40,232 nucleotides of DNA from assembly GCA_963811165.1 (NCBI GenBank), contig CAWEQH010000002.1, forward strand, positions 1 to 40,232. The letters are read 5' to 3'. Below the pieces are notes generated by a model. That model did not search any database, was not told the origin of the DNA, and saw nothing but the letters and a program-made list of their open reading frames with translations. Origin of the DNA: an uncultured Nitrospiraceae bacterium (lineage in GTDB: Bacteria; Nitrospirota; Thermodesulfovibrionia; Thermodesulfovibrionales; UBA6898). Positions 1-10,343 of this stretch are shown piece after piece (position 1 is the first letter of the stretch; each line of letters begins with the position of its first letter). The position numbers and the translations under genes are program-made.

Positions 1-189
1 ACTATGCCTCTCATGTGAAATGTCAAACGAGATGGCGGGCCATACTTACTCCGATCCGGATCGGTGAACCAGGACGGCGATACCAACGTTGCTCCACAAC
101 GCCTAAAAATTTCGAGCGACAGGGCTAATAGGGAAGATGGCGAATAAAATATGAAGGGATTTCACCAGCGAGGACGGGCTCACCGGTAT

Positions 190-2007
190 CTAATAAATTC
201 TGATTAAAAAGTCTTCTTTATCCTGCGTCAAATTCCGGGCTGTAATAAGGGTCGCCTTTTTCAAGGACGTTCTTCCATCTCGCCCTGGAACAGCGCTTCT
301 TCTTTTTTGCCCCGTTCTCTTTTTTCCACAGTGTTGTCATACCCCCTGGTTTTCAGCTCATCGTGATAAAGTTCGGAATATGGAGTCCAGACAATGAGAT
401 ATCCCTTCTCCCTCAGCCTTAGACAGAGATCAATATCCCCCAAGGGTCAATTTATATCCTTCGTCAAAACCTCCGATCTCCCCCGAGTGCCCTGTTTGCA
501 TCATCAGACATGCCGCGGGTGACTGCGCTTGACACATTTTGTATGATCTTGAGCCTTGCCCTGTAACCAAAGGCCGCGGAAGAAAAGAACCTGTGGGGAC
601 GAAGCACTGACCTTCTCGACTCCCAGTATCACCTCGGCACGCTGCACCGCGTCGTCACGATAATAGAGCTTCGCCCCGACTGCGCCGACATCTTTTCGCA
701 ACCGGGATGTTCAAGCATTTTTTCAAGCCAGTCAACACTAATAACCTCGGTATCATTATTCAGAAAAAAGCAAGACTTACCGTCTGCAAAACGCGCAGTA
801 CTGAATCATTGACCGAGGAATAATTGAATGGCTTGTCCTGATCGCAGCACTTTTACATTGCCGTATTCCTTCTAGTCATCGTATAGCTTGATATATGCGT
901 TTTTCCACGTTTCCGCTTTCAACGACATGGACCTCATAGTTCTTGTAAGCGGATTTCTCTGAAATTGATTTCATACAGTCGTTTAAAACATCCGCATGAT
1001 CCCTGTTCGGTAGATTATTATCGAGACCTTCGGACGATCAACCCGGCGGGGAAACATATCAGAGTCCAGGCGATGGGTCGTTACTCAATTATCTCTTCTA
1101 TCCCAGTGCGAAAAAGAATGGGGGGCAAGTGCTTTTTTCCCCTGCCTCATACGCATAAAACTTAACCTCCGGCCGTCCCGCACAGGAGTCCTTGGCGCAA
1201 ACTCCAAAAATAGCACCTTGGGTATATGGCAACAATTTTTTGGGCTACCTCCGCTGCCCTCAAGATCAGGTCGTAACTCATGACTTCCCCCTAAGCTAGC
1301 CCTCAACCCACCTCATTTTAAAAGAAGTTATTTTTTAATGACTGTCAGGTGCGTGAGATGAAGTCACAGCTCTCTTGAAGATTGTCTGGGCTCCAGTCGG
1401 GCTTGAAAAACCAGGCTCTGACCTTTGTTTTGCCGTTTTCCGAGAACTAGGTCTTCATTGGAATACAACAAAAGTCCGCTTCGGGGGTCTCCGTCATTGC
1501 CTTAACAATTTCTAAAAGAAGCGAAAGGCGCCAAGGTGTCATCATGGTCGAGTAATGCTAATAATTTCCAGTGGGCAATAGAGAGGGCCTCGTTTGAATT
1601 GCTCTTGCAATGCCTTTATTTTTCCTCAGAAATTTTATTTTTTATTTTTGGTGTCCCTGCCGTCATAGTCCATTAATGTCTTTGTGCTTTCGGGGTGTAA
1701 CGTTGTCTCCATCAGCGATACAAAGCTTCCAGTGCGGATAGGTCTGGTTAGTCACGGAAGTCAGCATTTCTCCTAAAAAGAACTCAGCGGTGTTATACAC
1801 AGGAACAATGACGCTGGTAACCTCAGGCTTATGGTCGAAAAACAAATTCCCGCCGCATCGCCAGGCTCTCCCCCGAGGGCTCATTTTTTTATTCTCTATA
1901 GCTCTGGGACCTCCCGCTAGAGAAGAGCCACGGCCTCTGGAGAACGGTCTTCAGGACTTCTTTGACGAAAAGCTTCAACCCGTAGACACGCAAAAAAATT
2001 AAGCCAT
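190..2007 (-). pseudogene. Heavily disrupted two-domain GT2 glycosyltransferase
   Basis: Collinear fragments lie in different frames: SVIVPVYNT...SVTNQTYPHWKLCIADG (1663-1884), ALLDHDDTLAPF (~1530-1560), VGAVGAKLYY (504-701), DIDLCLRLREKGYLIVWTPYSELYHDE (261-443) and terminal GDPYYSP/NLTQDKEDF (~190-255). There are many stops and frameshifts. Boundaries are approximate. Confidence 0.75.
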
Positions 2008-2183
2008 TTCTTATTTTTTTAAGGAAAAAATACATTGTATTATGTCAACTACACAACTACTCTTCCACTATCAATATGACATATCCGCATCGATTCTCCT
2101 GCCGTTGCTCCCGTTGTTACCCGTTTTTAAGAAAAAACGCTTAGTTCTGACCACACAGCCCGCCTCAGTGATTTTTCATCGCA

Positions 2184-3551
2184 TTATTTCTGGCCAAACA
2201 AAATACGATGGATTTTTCTGAGCGGCGAGGTCATTTTCCAGCTCAACGAATCATGTAACGCAGCTATCTGACTATCCTTGCGCCTGATAGCGATGTCAAG
2301 ATATTCCCAAAAAAAGAGAGCGAAAGGGCTGAAACTGCCAAGAAGGTTCAGCTCTGCTTCGGAAACCTCGGGCTTATCACGATAGGTACTGGCCACAATC
2401 TTATACCATTTTTCAGGTGAAAATGGCAGTTTGAGTGTTGTTGGCTTTATCAGGGAAGCGGCTGCATAAAAATTCTGGGCAAGTCTTAATGCGAAGCTTG
2501 TCGACTCCAGGTACTGCAGTCCGTATTTCTCGTCAGGCTCCAAATGACACCCCTCACCCCATTCGTTCCAGGAGTTAATAAAGACGAGCTGTTCATTTCC
2601 CTCGAGATGCTCAAAAGTATGCCAGACAATCTGGGAAAGCCAGAAAGCATACTTTTCAGGCGATGAATTTATAAAGATCGCCGGTGAATCCTTTCGCCGT
2701 GCTGAATTGTCCCATGAAGGGAAAATTCCCTTGAAGAGTTTATACGGAGGTTTGGGCCTGGTGAGCATCTCTTTCATAATGTGATCGTAATCGTAGATCA
2801 AAGGATTGGTTTGCACTGATTCATTGTACCGCGCCACTTCAGAAGTAACGAGCGGCCCAAAGCTTCCCAAATGGGGTGCAAACTCCACAGCCGCATCGAA
2901 GCCAATCTCCTCCGGCGGCGGATCGTATCCCTGAAAACAATTTTCCACCCGGATCAAATAGATGTCGCCAAGCCCCATACGCTTTGCCGTGTCTCGCCAG
3001 AGCTCGGCTGTTTTTTTTGCGTCGGGCAGAAGATTTGTCTTGTAGACGAGGAAAACAGGCCTGCCGTTTATCCTGATATATCTCTCATCCCTGAAGGCTG
3101 GAATCAGACTTTCGATGTGATGGCGATCGTCCTCGTAGCTGTATTTTTGTGCTATCAAGACCTGCTTGTCCTCCCCGTCCCATCGCCTAGTCCAGTTTTC
3201 GTTTGCCCAGCAAAGGCAAAAAGGAAAGTCCGGTTTGCGGGATCTCAGAACTTCATTAAACGGCCATTCCAAAAGGCGCCTGCCATTAAACCAATAATGG
3301 TAGTAACAGAACCCGTAAATACCGTATTCCCTCGCTAAAGCCGCCTGAGCAGTACGAATATCGGACGACCTCAGATCATAGTATCCCAGCTGCCCCGGCA
3401 CATGAGGCTGGTAATGCCCAGGGAACAGTGGGGCAGCTTTTCTCACGTTTGTCCATTCGGTAAACCCCTCGCCCCACCATTCGTCGTTCTCAGGGATGGG
3501 GTGAAACTGCGGGAGGTAAAAAGCAATGAGACGCATGTCAAAATTATCCAC
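2184..3551 (-). CDS. WbsX-family (GH99-like) glycan biosynthesis protein with C-terminal SLSWKMTSPLR tail
   Basis: 455-aa ORF with WbsX signatures IAFYLPQFHPIPENDEWWGEGFTEW, FCYYHYWF, WANENW, PSWDNSAR and INSWNEWGEGCHLEPD. Confidence 0.9.
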   Translation of the reverse strand: MDNFDMRLIAFYLPQFHPIPENDEWWGEGFTEWTNVRKAAPLFPGHYQPHVPGQLGYYDLRSSDIRTAQAALAREYGIYGFCYYHYWFNGRRLLEWPFNEVLRSRKPDFPFCLCWANENWTRRWDGEDKQVLIAQKYSYEDDRHHIESLIPAFRDERYIRINGRPVFLVYKTNLLPDAKKTAELWRDTAKRMGLGDIYLIRVENCFQGYDPPPEEIGFDAAVEFAPHLGSFGPLVTSEVARYNESVQTNPLIYDYDHIMKEMLTRPKPPYKLFKGIFPSWDNSARRKDSPAIFINSSPEKYAFWLSQIVWHTFEHLEGNEQLVFINSWNEWGEGCHLEPDEKYGLQYLESTSFALRLAQNFYAAASLIKPTTLKLPFSPEKWYKIVASTYRDKPEVSEAELNLLGSFSPFALFFWEYLDIAIRRKDSQIAALHDSLSWKMTSPLRKIHRILFGQK

Positions 3552-6500
3552 GACCCATTCTCCTCAGCTTCAATAGTATCTCGTGCGCCCGCCGGAGAGG
3601 ACCCGTCATACGCCAGCTTAAAGATTCTATGATTTGACTAATGCGGATCTCGCGAGTCTCAATATCGAGTTCGCGTTGCTCGATAAGGATGTCCTTCACC
3701 GCAAGCTGCCGCTCCAATTCCGCAATGCTCCTTTTACGAGCATCCGTAACCTTTCGAATTACGGCAAGCGCCTGCTCATTGTCGGTGTCTTTAGACAAGA
3801 TCAGTGCAGCAGGGGTTTTGATTGGGTCGAGGTCTGATCTGCCACTTGCTTCTTTCATAGCCCGACTGGTCGCCTCCAAATACGATCTCCCGAATTTCTG
3901 GTCTGGCTCTAGGTGATTACCTTCGGCCCATTCATTCCAGGCATTGACGAATGCAATTTTCTCATCCCCCCTCAGACGGGCATTTGTAAACCCGATAGCT
4001 TGTTTCAGCCAGTTTCGATATTTCTCGGGGGTAGAGCCGAGAAAAATATGTGCGCCATCGAGCCTTCTTGCGGTATTATCCCATGAAGGCGTCACGCAGC
4101 GGAACCAGGTGTAATCCGGAGCCGGTTTTTTCATCATATTGCTCACCAATTCATCGTAAAAATGGACATAGTTCTTCTCGCAAAGCTCATTTGGGATCTC
4201 CCAATTAAGGAGTTTTTTATTGAGCCTCTTATCATTTGCAATGACTCTTGGCCCCTTATTATTCCAGTCGGGCGCGAACTCCACAGCAGCATCGAAGCCG
4301 ATGGCCCTTGGGTCCGTCTTTCCGATGCTTTCGACCCTCACCAGGTAAAGCTCGCCGATGCCCGCTTTCCGCGCCTCCTCCCGCCAGACTTCGGCTGTCC
4401 TCCCAGGGTCCGGGATGTTCTCCGTCCGGTAGACCAGAAAAAGTGGCTTGCCATTAATCTTGATATAACGATGGTCTTCGAATATTCTGCAGAGTTCACG
4501 GATGTGGCGACGGTCATCTTCCTCACTGTACTCCAGTTTCATCAAAACCTGCTGGTCTTCCCCGTCCCATCGCCTGGTCCAATTTTCGTTTGCCCAGCAG
4601 ATGCAGAAGGGAAAATCCGGCTTCCCGGACTTGAGCAGGTCGTTGAGGGGTCTTTCGAGGAGCCTCTTGCCGTTGAACCAATAGTGGTAATAACAGAAGC
4701 CGTAGATACCATGTTCCCGGGCGAGTTTCGCCTGGGCAATGCGAGTCTCTTCCAGTCTCAGATCATAAAACCCCAGGTCGGCCGGTATATGGGGTTGATA
4801 ATGACCGTTAAAGAGGGACTTTGCCTTTGCAACGTTTCTCCACTCGGTGAACCCCTTTCCCCACCATTCGTCATTTTCCGGGATCGGGTGGTACTGCGGA
4901 AGGTAAAAGGCGATCAATCGGGGGCTTTCCCGTGTAGCCTTCGTTGCGGGAGAATCAGCCACTTTTACGGCAGCCTCTTGCCCGGCGGAAAAGAGAATGT
5001 TACTCATAAGTTCGGCGGCCTTTTGCGACGTAAATGTTTCTTCAATGAAAGTCGATCCACGTTCGCTCAGTTCTTTCAGTTTCTCCTCGTCTTTGTACAA
5101 CGAGACGACTTGAGAAGCGAAGGCGGCGGGGACGTCCTGGGCCGCGAATATCTCATCAATCCCTTCGATCCCTTCCAGTCCTATTGAAGTCGACACGACC
5201 GGCACGCCGTGATAGAGGGCCTCGATGGCCTTCCCCTTGACCCCGGCTCCAAACCTCAGGGGAATCACCACAAGCCTGGCGGTTTTGTAAAGCTCTTTCA
5301 GTCTCTCTTCGCTCACTTTGCCCAAAATCCTCACGTTTTTTGATTGCAGGGCCGAAATGTCCTTGGGCGGATTCGCGCCGACCACGTTAAATACGATCTT
5401 CGGGATCTCCCGCCGGATGAGGGGAAGAACCTCAGTGCAAAACCAGGAGACGGCGTCCCTGTTGGGCGTGTGGGCGAAGCCGCCGACAAATAGTAAATCC
5501 ATACGCTTGCCGAAATCACGATCCGGTGCCGGTACATTTTCGTAGAAGAAAAGAGGGACCGTCAGAACCCGCTTGTGTGGAAAATCCTCCTTGATTATCT
5601 TCTCCTCCACCTCGCTGAATGTCAACAGAACGTCACTGCTGGAAAATATAAAGTCCTCTTTCTTTTTATAAAGCCCCGCTTTAGCGAGAATTGTTTTATC
5701 ATTTTTCACCTGAGCCTCCCGCTTGAGCCTCAAGTAATGGAGGTCAGAACACTGGTAAATGATCGTGGCTTCAGTATACTTTTTGACAGCCTCCAAAAAT
5801 TTTATTGCAGGATCGGGCTTGTAAAAAAAGACATAGTCAATCTCCTGCCCATTGTTCCGCAGCCAGCTTTCCCAGTTGTTCCGGTACCACTCGCCGTCCA
5901 GAGTTTCAATCCCGAGGTCGTTGAGTTCGGACGAATACGGTTCCACGCGTTTGAAATCGGCAGGCAGGAATTTTACGTTAAGCCCCATCTTTACCAGCAG
6001 GGATAGGTACATGAAGTTTGTCCGTGAGCCGGCAAACATGTCGTAATGGGGAACTGTGTAATCCACAAATAGAAGGGTCTGTTTTTTAGCGCCCTTGCCC
6101 CGATTCGTTTCGGCTGTCGATTTATCTACTGCATCAGCTGAAAGAAAAGTGCCTGCTGCCCTTTGTGTTCCCTCCCTGCCAGAAGGCCAGCAAGCTTTCT
6201 TCTCCACAGGCCCGTTTCTGACCACGACGCGGGCTCGCGGTACAGTGTTTTTGATGAACTCGTGCTTGAGGAGTTCATAGTTCTCCCTTACGTATGCAAA
6301 AAGCTTCTGTTCCTCTTCCATAAGCGGCTGCAAGATCCGGAGTTCTGCGTCCGTAACGGTCAGAGGCTTATCTTTGGGAGTGACGTTGATGCGTACGTTT
6401 TTCAAACGTGCGCCCAACAATTCGGAGAGGGTCGAAAGAAAATCGTCATAGTGCTCCAGCGAAGCGACATAAACATGATTACGCTGAATATTGTCTACTG

Positions 6501-6939
6501 CGTCCTTAAACCTGCCGTTATGACTGAAATGCCAGCATGCCATATTGACCTGTTTGGTGCGGATTTGGTGTTTGACAAACGCCGAGAGATCCTCAAACTT
6601 AAGCTTATGATGGGCGGTCAGAGTGCTAACCCTGTGGTAATGCCACAAGGACATGAGCCGCTCGGCGGGATCACGAAGAATAGCTACGGCCGGATAGTCA
6701 ATGCCTTTATCAAGTATTTCTGTCAGTGAAATATGACCCGATATATAGTTATATTTCCTCAGTTCGTTGCTAGTCGCTTTCAAGAAACGGCGACGGTCTG
6801 CTTCATTTCCGAATCTGACCGAAGCGGCCTTTCCGAAGTGCCTCTCAAGCTCATGGTGCAAAGAGAGCCCCGCAGTCTTGGGGATATGAATGAAGACTAG
6901 GTTTTGTAAGCAACCCCAGCGTTGGCCAGCCGACATCAT
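3544..6939 (-). CDS. Multidomain protein: sulfotransferase (Sulfotransfer_2-like) + GT4/GT-B glycosyltransferase + WbsX/GH99-like + coiled-coil tail
   Basis: 1131-aa intact ORF. The N-terminus has PAPS-binding motifs FIHIPKTAG and LRDPAERLMS. The middle has LLFVGGFAHTPNRDA...PLRFGAGVKGKAIEALYHGVPVVST (GT4-like). The C-terminal part has IAFYLPQYHPIPENDEWWG...NAWNEWAEGNHLEPD and ends in a coiled coil plus SLSWRMTGPLR. Confidence 0.88.
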   Translation of the reverse strand: MMSAGQRWGCLQNLVFIHIPKTAGLSLHHELERHFGKAASVRFGNEADRRRFLKATSNELRKYNYISGHISLTEILDKGIDYPAVAILRDPAERLMSLWHYHRVSTLTAHHKLKFEDLSAFVKHQIRTKQVNMACWHFSHNGRFKDAVDNIQRNHVYVASLEHYDDFLSTLSELLGARLKNVRINVTPKDKPLTVTDAELRILQPLMEEEQKLFAYVRENYELLKHEFIKNTVPRARVVVRNGPVEKKACWPSGREGTQRAAGTFLSADAVDKSTAETNRGKGAKKQTLLFVDYTVPHYDMFAGSRTNFMYLSLLVKMGLNVKFLPADFKRVEPYSSELNDLGIETLDGEWYRNNWESWLRNNGQEIDYVFFYKPDPAIKFLEAVKKYTEATIIYQCSDLHYLRLKREAQVKNDKTILAKAGLYKKKEDFIFSSSDVLLTFSEVEEKIIKEDFPHKRVLTVPLFFYENVPAPDRDFGKRMDLLFVGGFAHTPNRDAVSWFCTEVLPLIRREIPKIVFNVVGANPPKDISALQSKNVRILGKVSEERLKELYKTARLVVIPLRFGAGVKGKAIEALYHGVPVVSTSIGLEGIEGIDEIFAAQDVPAAFASQVVSLYKDEEKLKELSERGSTFIEETFTSQKAAELMSNILFSAGQEAAVKVADSPATKATRESPRLIAFYLPQYHPIPENDEWWGKGFTEWRNVAKAKSLFNGHYQPHIPADLGFYDLRLEETRIAQAKLAREHGIYGFCYYHYWFNGKRLLERPLNDLLKSGKPDFPFCICWANENWTRRWDGEDQQVLMKLEYSEEDDRRHIRELCRIFEDHRYIKINGKPLFLVYRTENIPDPGRTAEVWREEARKAGIGELYLVRVESIGKTDPRAIGFDAAVEFAPDWNNKGPRVIANDKRLNKKLLNWEIPNELCEKNYVHFYDELVSNMMKKPAPDYTWFRCVTPSWDNTARRLDGAHIFLGSTPEKYRNWLKQAIGFTNARLRGDEKIAFVNAWNEWAEGNHLEPDQKFGRSYLEATSRAMKEASGRSDLDPIKTPAALILSKDTDNEQALAVIRKVTDARKRSIAELERQLAVKDILIEQRELDIETREIRISQIIESLSWRMTGPLRRAHEILLKLRRMGRG

Positions 6940-8084
6940 CTTTCCTTTAGCTTCAATATAATTTCGTGCGCCCGGCGCAGAGGCCCGGTCACACGCCAGC
7001 TGGAAGAGTTAAGTAGCTCCTCGACCTGCCTGGTTTTCTCTGCCAGTTGTTCTTTGGTCTTCTCCAGCAGTCTTTCTCGTTCAGCGAGATTCTCCCGGCA
7101 ATCATTTCTTATTACCGACATCATCTTCATTTTGTAATCGTAAATGCATATTGATTGGACGTCGAACAACTTTGCGATTCTTGCTGTTTCCTGTAATGTT
7201 TCATGATTGATATTGGCCGCGTCAGGCCTTTTTCGTAAAAAGACGATCTGCTGGTCCACATCGAGCTGAAAAGTTGTTATATGTTCATATAGGGAACTCC
7301 ATTGATTAACGAGCAGATCGGGTGAAAGAAAAGCCTCTCCATATGTGATTTCAGCATCCGAAGAATAAGGAATAAAGACAAAGCCGGTCTTTCCGTAAAG
7401 ATCCTCTTCCAATTCACAGTCTCGGGAAAAAGATGTCTGCAGCCTATAAAAATATCGCTCAGATTCGGGGGATCTGAGCGGCTCCTTCTGGAGCTGACGT
7501 ATGATATCAAAGCGGCGCGGCTGCCATACAGTCATCGCAAGCATTCCACCGGGCCTGAGGATCCTGAAATATTCATGCATCCATAACGTCACGGCATAAT
7601 ACGAAAGGTGAGTAAAAACGGAATATCCCTCGATTATGTCGAAACAGTCATCTTCATAGGGGGTTAGGGGAAGAGGGTTGATTAATTGAAAGTTCAGTTC
7701 ACCCCTGAAGCAGGAGTTGCAGATGTCAATACTCCGGGGAGATACGTCGCACCCCTTGAGGTTGGATGGAGTTATATCTTTCATGAAAAACCGTATAATC
7801 CTGCCCCAACCGGAGCCGGCGTCGAGCAGCTTTGTCTGTTCGCCTATTTTTCCATTCTGTGACACGTAAGTATCTTTAATGGATTTGTAATACTGATATG
7901 GCTCATGAACATTATTTTCGAGGGTCGATCCAACAAAATAACATTGGGTTGCTTTATCCGGGACAAGAGGAAAAGCAATTCCATCAACCATGGGATCGAT
8001 CGCCGATTTTCTGATTATTTCTTTCCAGTCTTCGTCGGGCGTAGAATTATACTTCCTGAATATTTTTTCAGCATTTGAACTCAT
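6936..8084 (-). CDS. Class I SAM-dependent methyltransferase with C-terminal coiled coil
   Basis: 382 aa with LLDAGSGWGR (motif I), FDIIEGYSVFTHL and RILRPGG. Tail LAERERLLEKTKEQLAEKTRQVEELLNSSSWRVTGPLRR. The stop overlaps the next start (ATGA). Confidence 0.88.
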   Translation of the reverse strand: MSSNAEKIFRKYNSTPDEDWKEIIRKSAIDPMVDGIAFPLVPDKATQCYFVGSTLENNVHEPYQYYKSIKDTYVSQNGKIGEQTKLLDAGSGWGRIIRFFMKDITPSNLKGCDVSPRSIDICNSCFRGELNFQLINPLPLTPYEDDCFDIIEGYSVFTHLSYYAVTLWMHEYFRILRPGGMLAMTVWQPRRFDIIRQLQKEPLRSPESERYFYRLQTSFSRDCELEEDLYGKTGFVFIPYSSDAEITYGEAFLSPDLLVNQWSSLYEHITTFQLDVDQQIVFLRKRPDAANINHETLQETARIAKLFDVQSICIYDYKMKMMSVIRNDCRENLAERERLLEKTKEQLAEKTRQVEELLNSSSWRVTGPLRRAHEIILKLKER

Positions 8085-8126
8085 AATATTTTCCTCTCCG
8101 AACTAGTTCGATGTGTCACCTTCATC

Positions 8127-9212
8127 TCACGACGTTACGACATGCAATGTTTTTTCAAGGTACGCTTCGCCCCACCTCAGATCCGGTTCCAGATAGTTGG
8201 TCTCGGCCCACTCGTTCCAAGACTTGATGAAGACAACCCTCCGGTCATGGCTGCGGGCAGCTACAAGGCCAACAGCTTCACGAAGGTGTTTGGCGTAGAG
8301 CTCGGGTCTAGAGCCTGCAAGGACAAAGCCGTTGACTCCGGAGCGGGGTGTGTTGTCCCAGTTTGGGACCACGCAAGGGTAGAACTCCGGCCGGCGCGTC
8401 TTTTCCGGAAAGGCGTTCCTGACGAAGGTTTCATAGGAGTAGATCTGTGGCAACTCCGGTTTATCGTTGGGGAAAGTCCGGGCAATCTTCTCGTTGAGGG
8501 ACTTGATCCCCTGGTATGCAAGCATTGCCACTGGAGGATTCGTTGTGCAGGCGTCATAGCTCTCCTCAGGTATCTTCCACGGATAATCCGTAATGGCGAT
8601 GAAATAGAATCCCGGCACGCCCTCTTTCTCCGCCAATTTCCGCCAGGTATTTATGAAGAGTCCCGGCTCCCAGAGATCAAAAGGGCGATAGATGCAGAAG
8701 ATATTTCTGTCGTCTATCTTCATGTAACGGGGGTCGCGGAAGGCATCAATCATGGCATAAAAGTGAGAGATGAAATCCTCTACGCCTGGATACGTCTGTT
8801 CGATCAGGATACGATCCGGGCAACCGTGCCAGATGCCCGACCATGTATGGTTGGCCCAGGCAAGACAAAAGGGAAAGTCAGGGTTTCCTGACTTCAGCAC
8901 TTCATTGAAGGGCCTCTCCAACAGTCTTTTGCCGCCGAACCAGTAATGCCAATAGCAGAACCCCTCTATCCCGTATCGATGGGCCAGCTCCGCCTGGGCA
9001 ATCCGGGACTCAGGCACCCGTAAGTCGTAGAAGCTCAGGTCTGCCGGGAAATTCGGCTGCTCGTGTCCGGCGAACAGAGGCTTTGCCCTGGCGACGTTCG
9101 TCCATTCGGTGAATCCTTCGCCCCACCATTCATCGTTTTCCGGGATCGGATGGAACTGGGGAAGATAGAATGCGATCAGACGGGCTTTGAGATCAGAATT
9201 CTGTCGTATCAT
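8127..9212 (-). CDS. WbsX-family (GH99-like) protein, stand-alone
   Basis: 361 aa with IAFYLPQFHPIPENDEWWGEGFTEW, FCYWHYWF, PNWDNTPR and KSWNEWAETNYLEPD. GGGAG RBS upstream. Confidence 0.9.
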   Translation of the reverse strand: MIRQNSDLKARLIAFYLPQFHPIPENDEWWGEGFTEWTNVARAKPLFAGHEQPNFPADLSFYDLRVPESRIAQAELAHRYGIEGFCYWHYWFGGKRLLERPFNEVLKSGNPDFPFCLAWANHTWSGIWHGCPDRILIEQTYPGVEDFISHFYAMIDAFRDPRYMKIDDRNIFCIYRPFDLWEPGLFINTWRKLAEKEGVPGFYFIAITDYPWKIPEESYDACTTNPPVAMLAYQGIKSLNEKIARTFPNDKPELPQIYSYETFVRNAFPEKTRRPEFYPCVVPNWDNTPRSGVNGFVLAGSRPELYAKHLREAVGLVAARSHDRRVVFIKSWNEWAETNYLEPDLRWGEAYLEKTLHVVTS

Positions 9213-9236
9213 AAACTCCCTGTTGATGACATTCGA

Positions 9237-10343
9237 TTATTTTGCCAATAAGCGGTCTGCCAGCCATCTGAGCGAGGCTGTTAACTCCCAACTCAGGGAG
9301 CTTTCCAAGGCATGTATCTTCTGGTCTTTTTCGGCTAAACGTCTGTCCTTTTCGGCCAGACGTTGGTCTCTATCGTCCAACTGACGGTGCATTTCAGCCA
9401 ACTGACGGTCCATATCAGCCAGTTGGGTCAATTGCCGGTTAATCAAGTCCAGAGTTTCTTTTCGATTCCAAAGATCGGTCGCATCGTAGCGGTAGAATCG
9501 CGCATAAGAAAAAAAGTCGTTCCACAGTCGGGCTACCGTCTCCCGATTTGAAGGGGAGTCCAGTGGATCACCCTCAAGCATGCGCTGAAAAAGTTCATAG
9601 AGTTCTTTTACGGGCCGGGGCGCTCCGCATTTATTGAGGTCCTCTGCCGTCGAAGCGCTGTGCCTCAAATCAGATCTTACAAAGGAAGCCATCCTCTCCC
9701 GAAGCTCGCTATCGTCCCGGGGCCACGAGATAGCCAGACCTTCTGAGACGCGTCTCAACTCCATCTCCCATTCGTCAAGGAAGAGGTCATAGGAGACGAA
9801 AACCTTCGATATTTTATCTATTGCCCGAAGAGCGGTGATGTTGTAATTGAACCATATGCCGAAGCCTTTATCGAGGGAAAACCCGTCTCGTTTCTGAAGT
9901 GAGCGCGCGACATCAAGGGGGTTTCTCACCACAAAAACTATGGAGAGATCAACCCCGAGATCAGTGAGAACTTCTTGCCAAAGCTCAATAAATATCTGCG
10001 AACGCGGATCTTTCCAGCCCCACAGAGGAATGCCGGAGAAGTTAGCCCTGATGAGCGAGCTGATCTCATCTCTAAAAGGCTTCACCTCCGAAGCACCTTG
10101 CCATCCGGAAGGAAAAGGCAGAGCCGTATCCCATTTTCTCTTCATCTCTGCCAGAAGTCGTTCCTGCAGATTATTGAAATCAATTCTCTCCCAGAGTCCT
10201 TCGGGATTATAGTCCCGGGCAGAGTAAAGGTCCGACTCTTCTCCAAGATATACACCCAACAGATTAATAGCCCGCGCGATCACAGAAGTTCCGCTCCGGT
10301 GCATGCCTAGGATGCAGATGGCTTTTTGTCCTTTACTGTTCAT
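9237..10343 (-). CDS. Sulfotransferase-family (Sulfotransfer_3-like) protein with heptad-repeat coiled-coil tail
   Basis: 368 aa with ILGMHRSGTS, WGWKDPR and VVRNPLDVARSL. C-terminal heptads are followed by SSLSWELTASLR. Confidence 0.85.
   Translation of the reverse strand: MNSKGQKAICILGMHRSGTSVIARAINLLGVYLGEESDLYSARDYNPEGLWERIDFNNLQERLLAEMKRKWDTALPFPSGWQGASEVKPFRDEISSLIRANFSGIPLWGWKDPRSQIFIELWQEVLTDLGVDLSIVFVVRNPLDVARSLQKRDGFSLDKGFGIWFNYNITALRAIDKISKVFVSYDLFLDEWEMELRRVSEGLAISWPRDDSELRERMASFVRSDLRHSASTAEDLNKCGAPRPVKELYELFQRMLEGDPLDSPSNRETVARLWNDFFSYARFYRYDATDLWNRKETLDLINRQLTQLADMDRQLAEMHRQLDDRDQRLAEKDRRLAEKDQKIHALESSLSWELTASLRWLADRLLAK
9321..9425 (-). repeat. Five degenerate 21-bp tandem repeats encoding coiled-coil heptads
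   Basis: Units start at 9321, 9342, 9363, 9384 and 9405 (e.g. acggtgcatttcagccaactg / acggtccatatcagccagttg). They encode QLADMDR-QLAEMHR-QLDDRDQ-RLAEKDR-RLAEKDQ. Confidence 0.8.

Noticed and set aside
2871..8891. Long plus-strand ORFs (e.g. 4162-5187, 8142-8891)
   Set aside because: They are antisense shadows of well-supported minus-strand genes and carry no recognisable motifs. The same applies to shadow ORFs over the oxidase, GT4 and actin genes.
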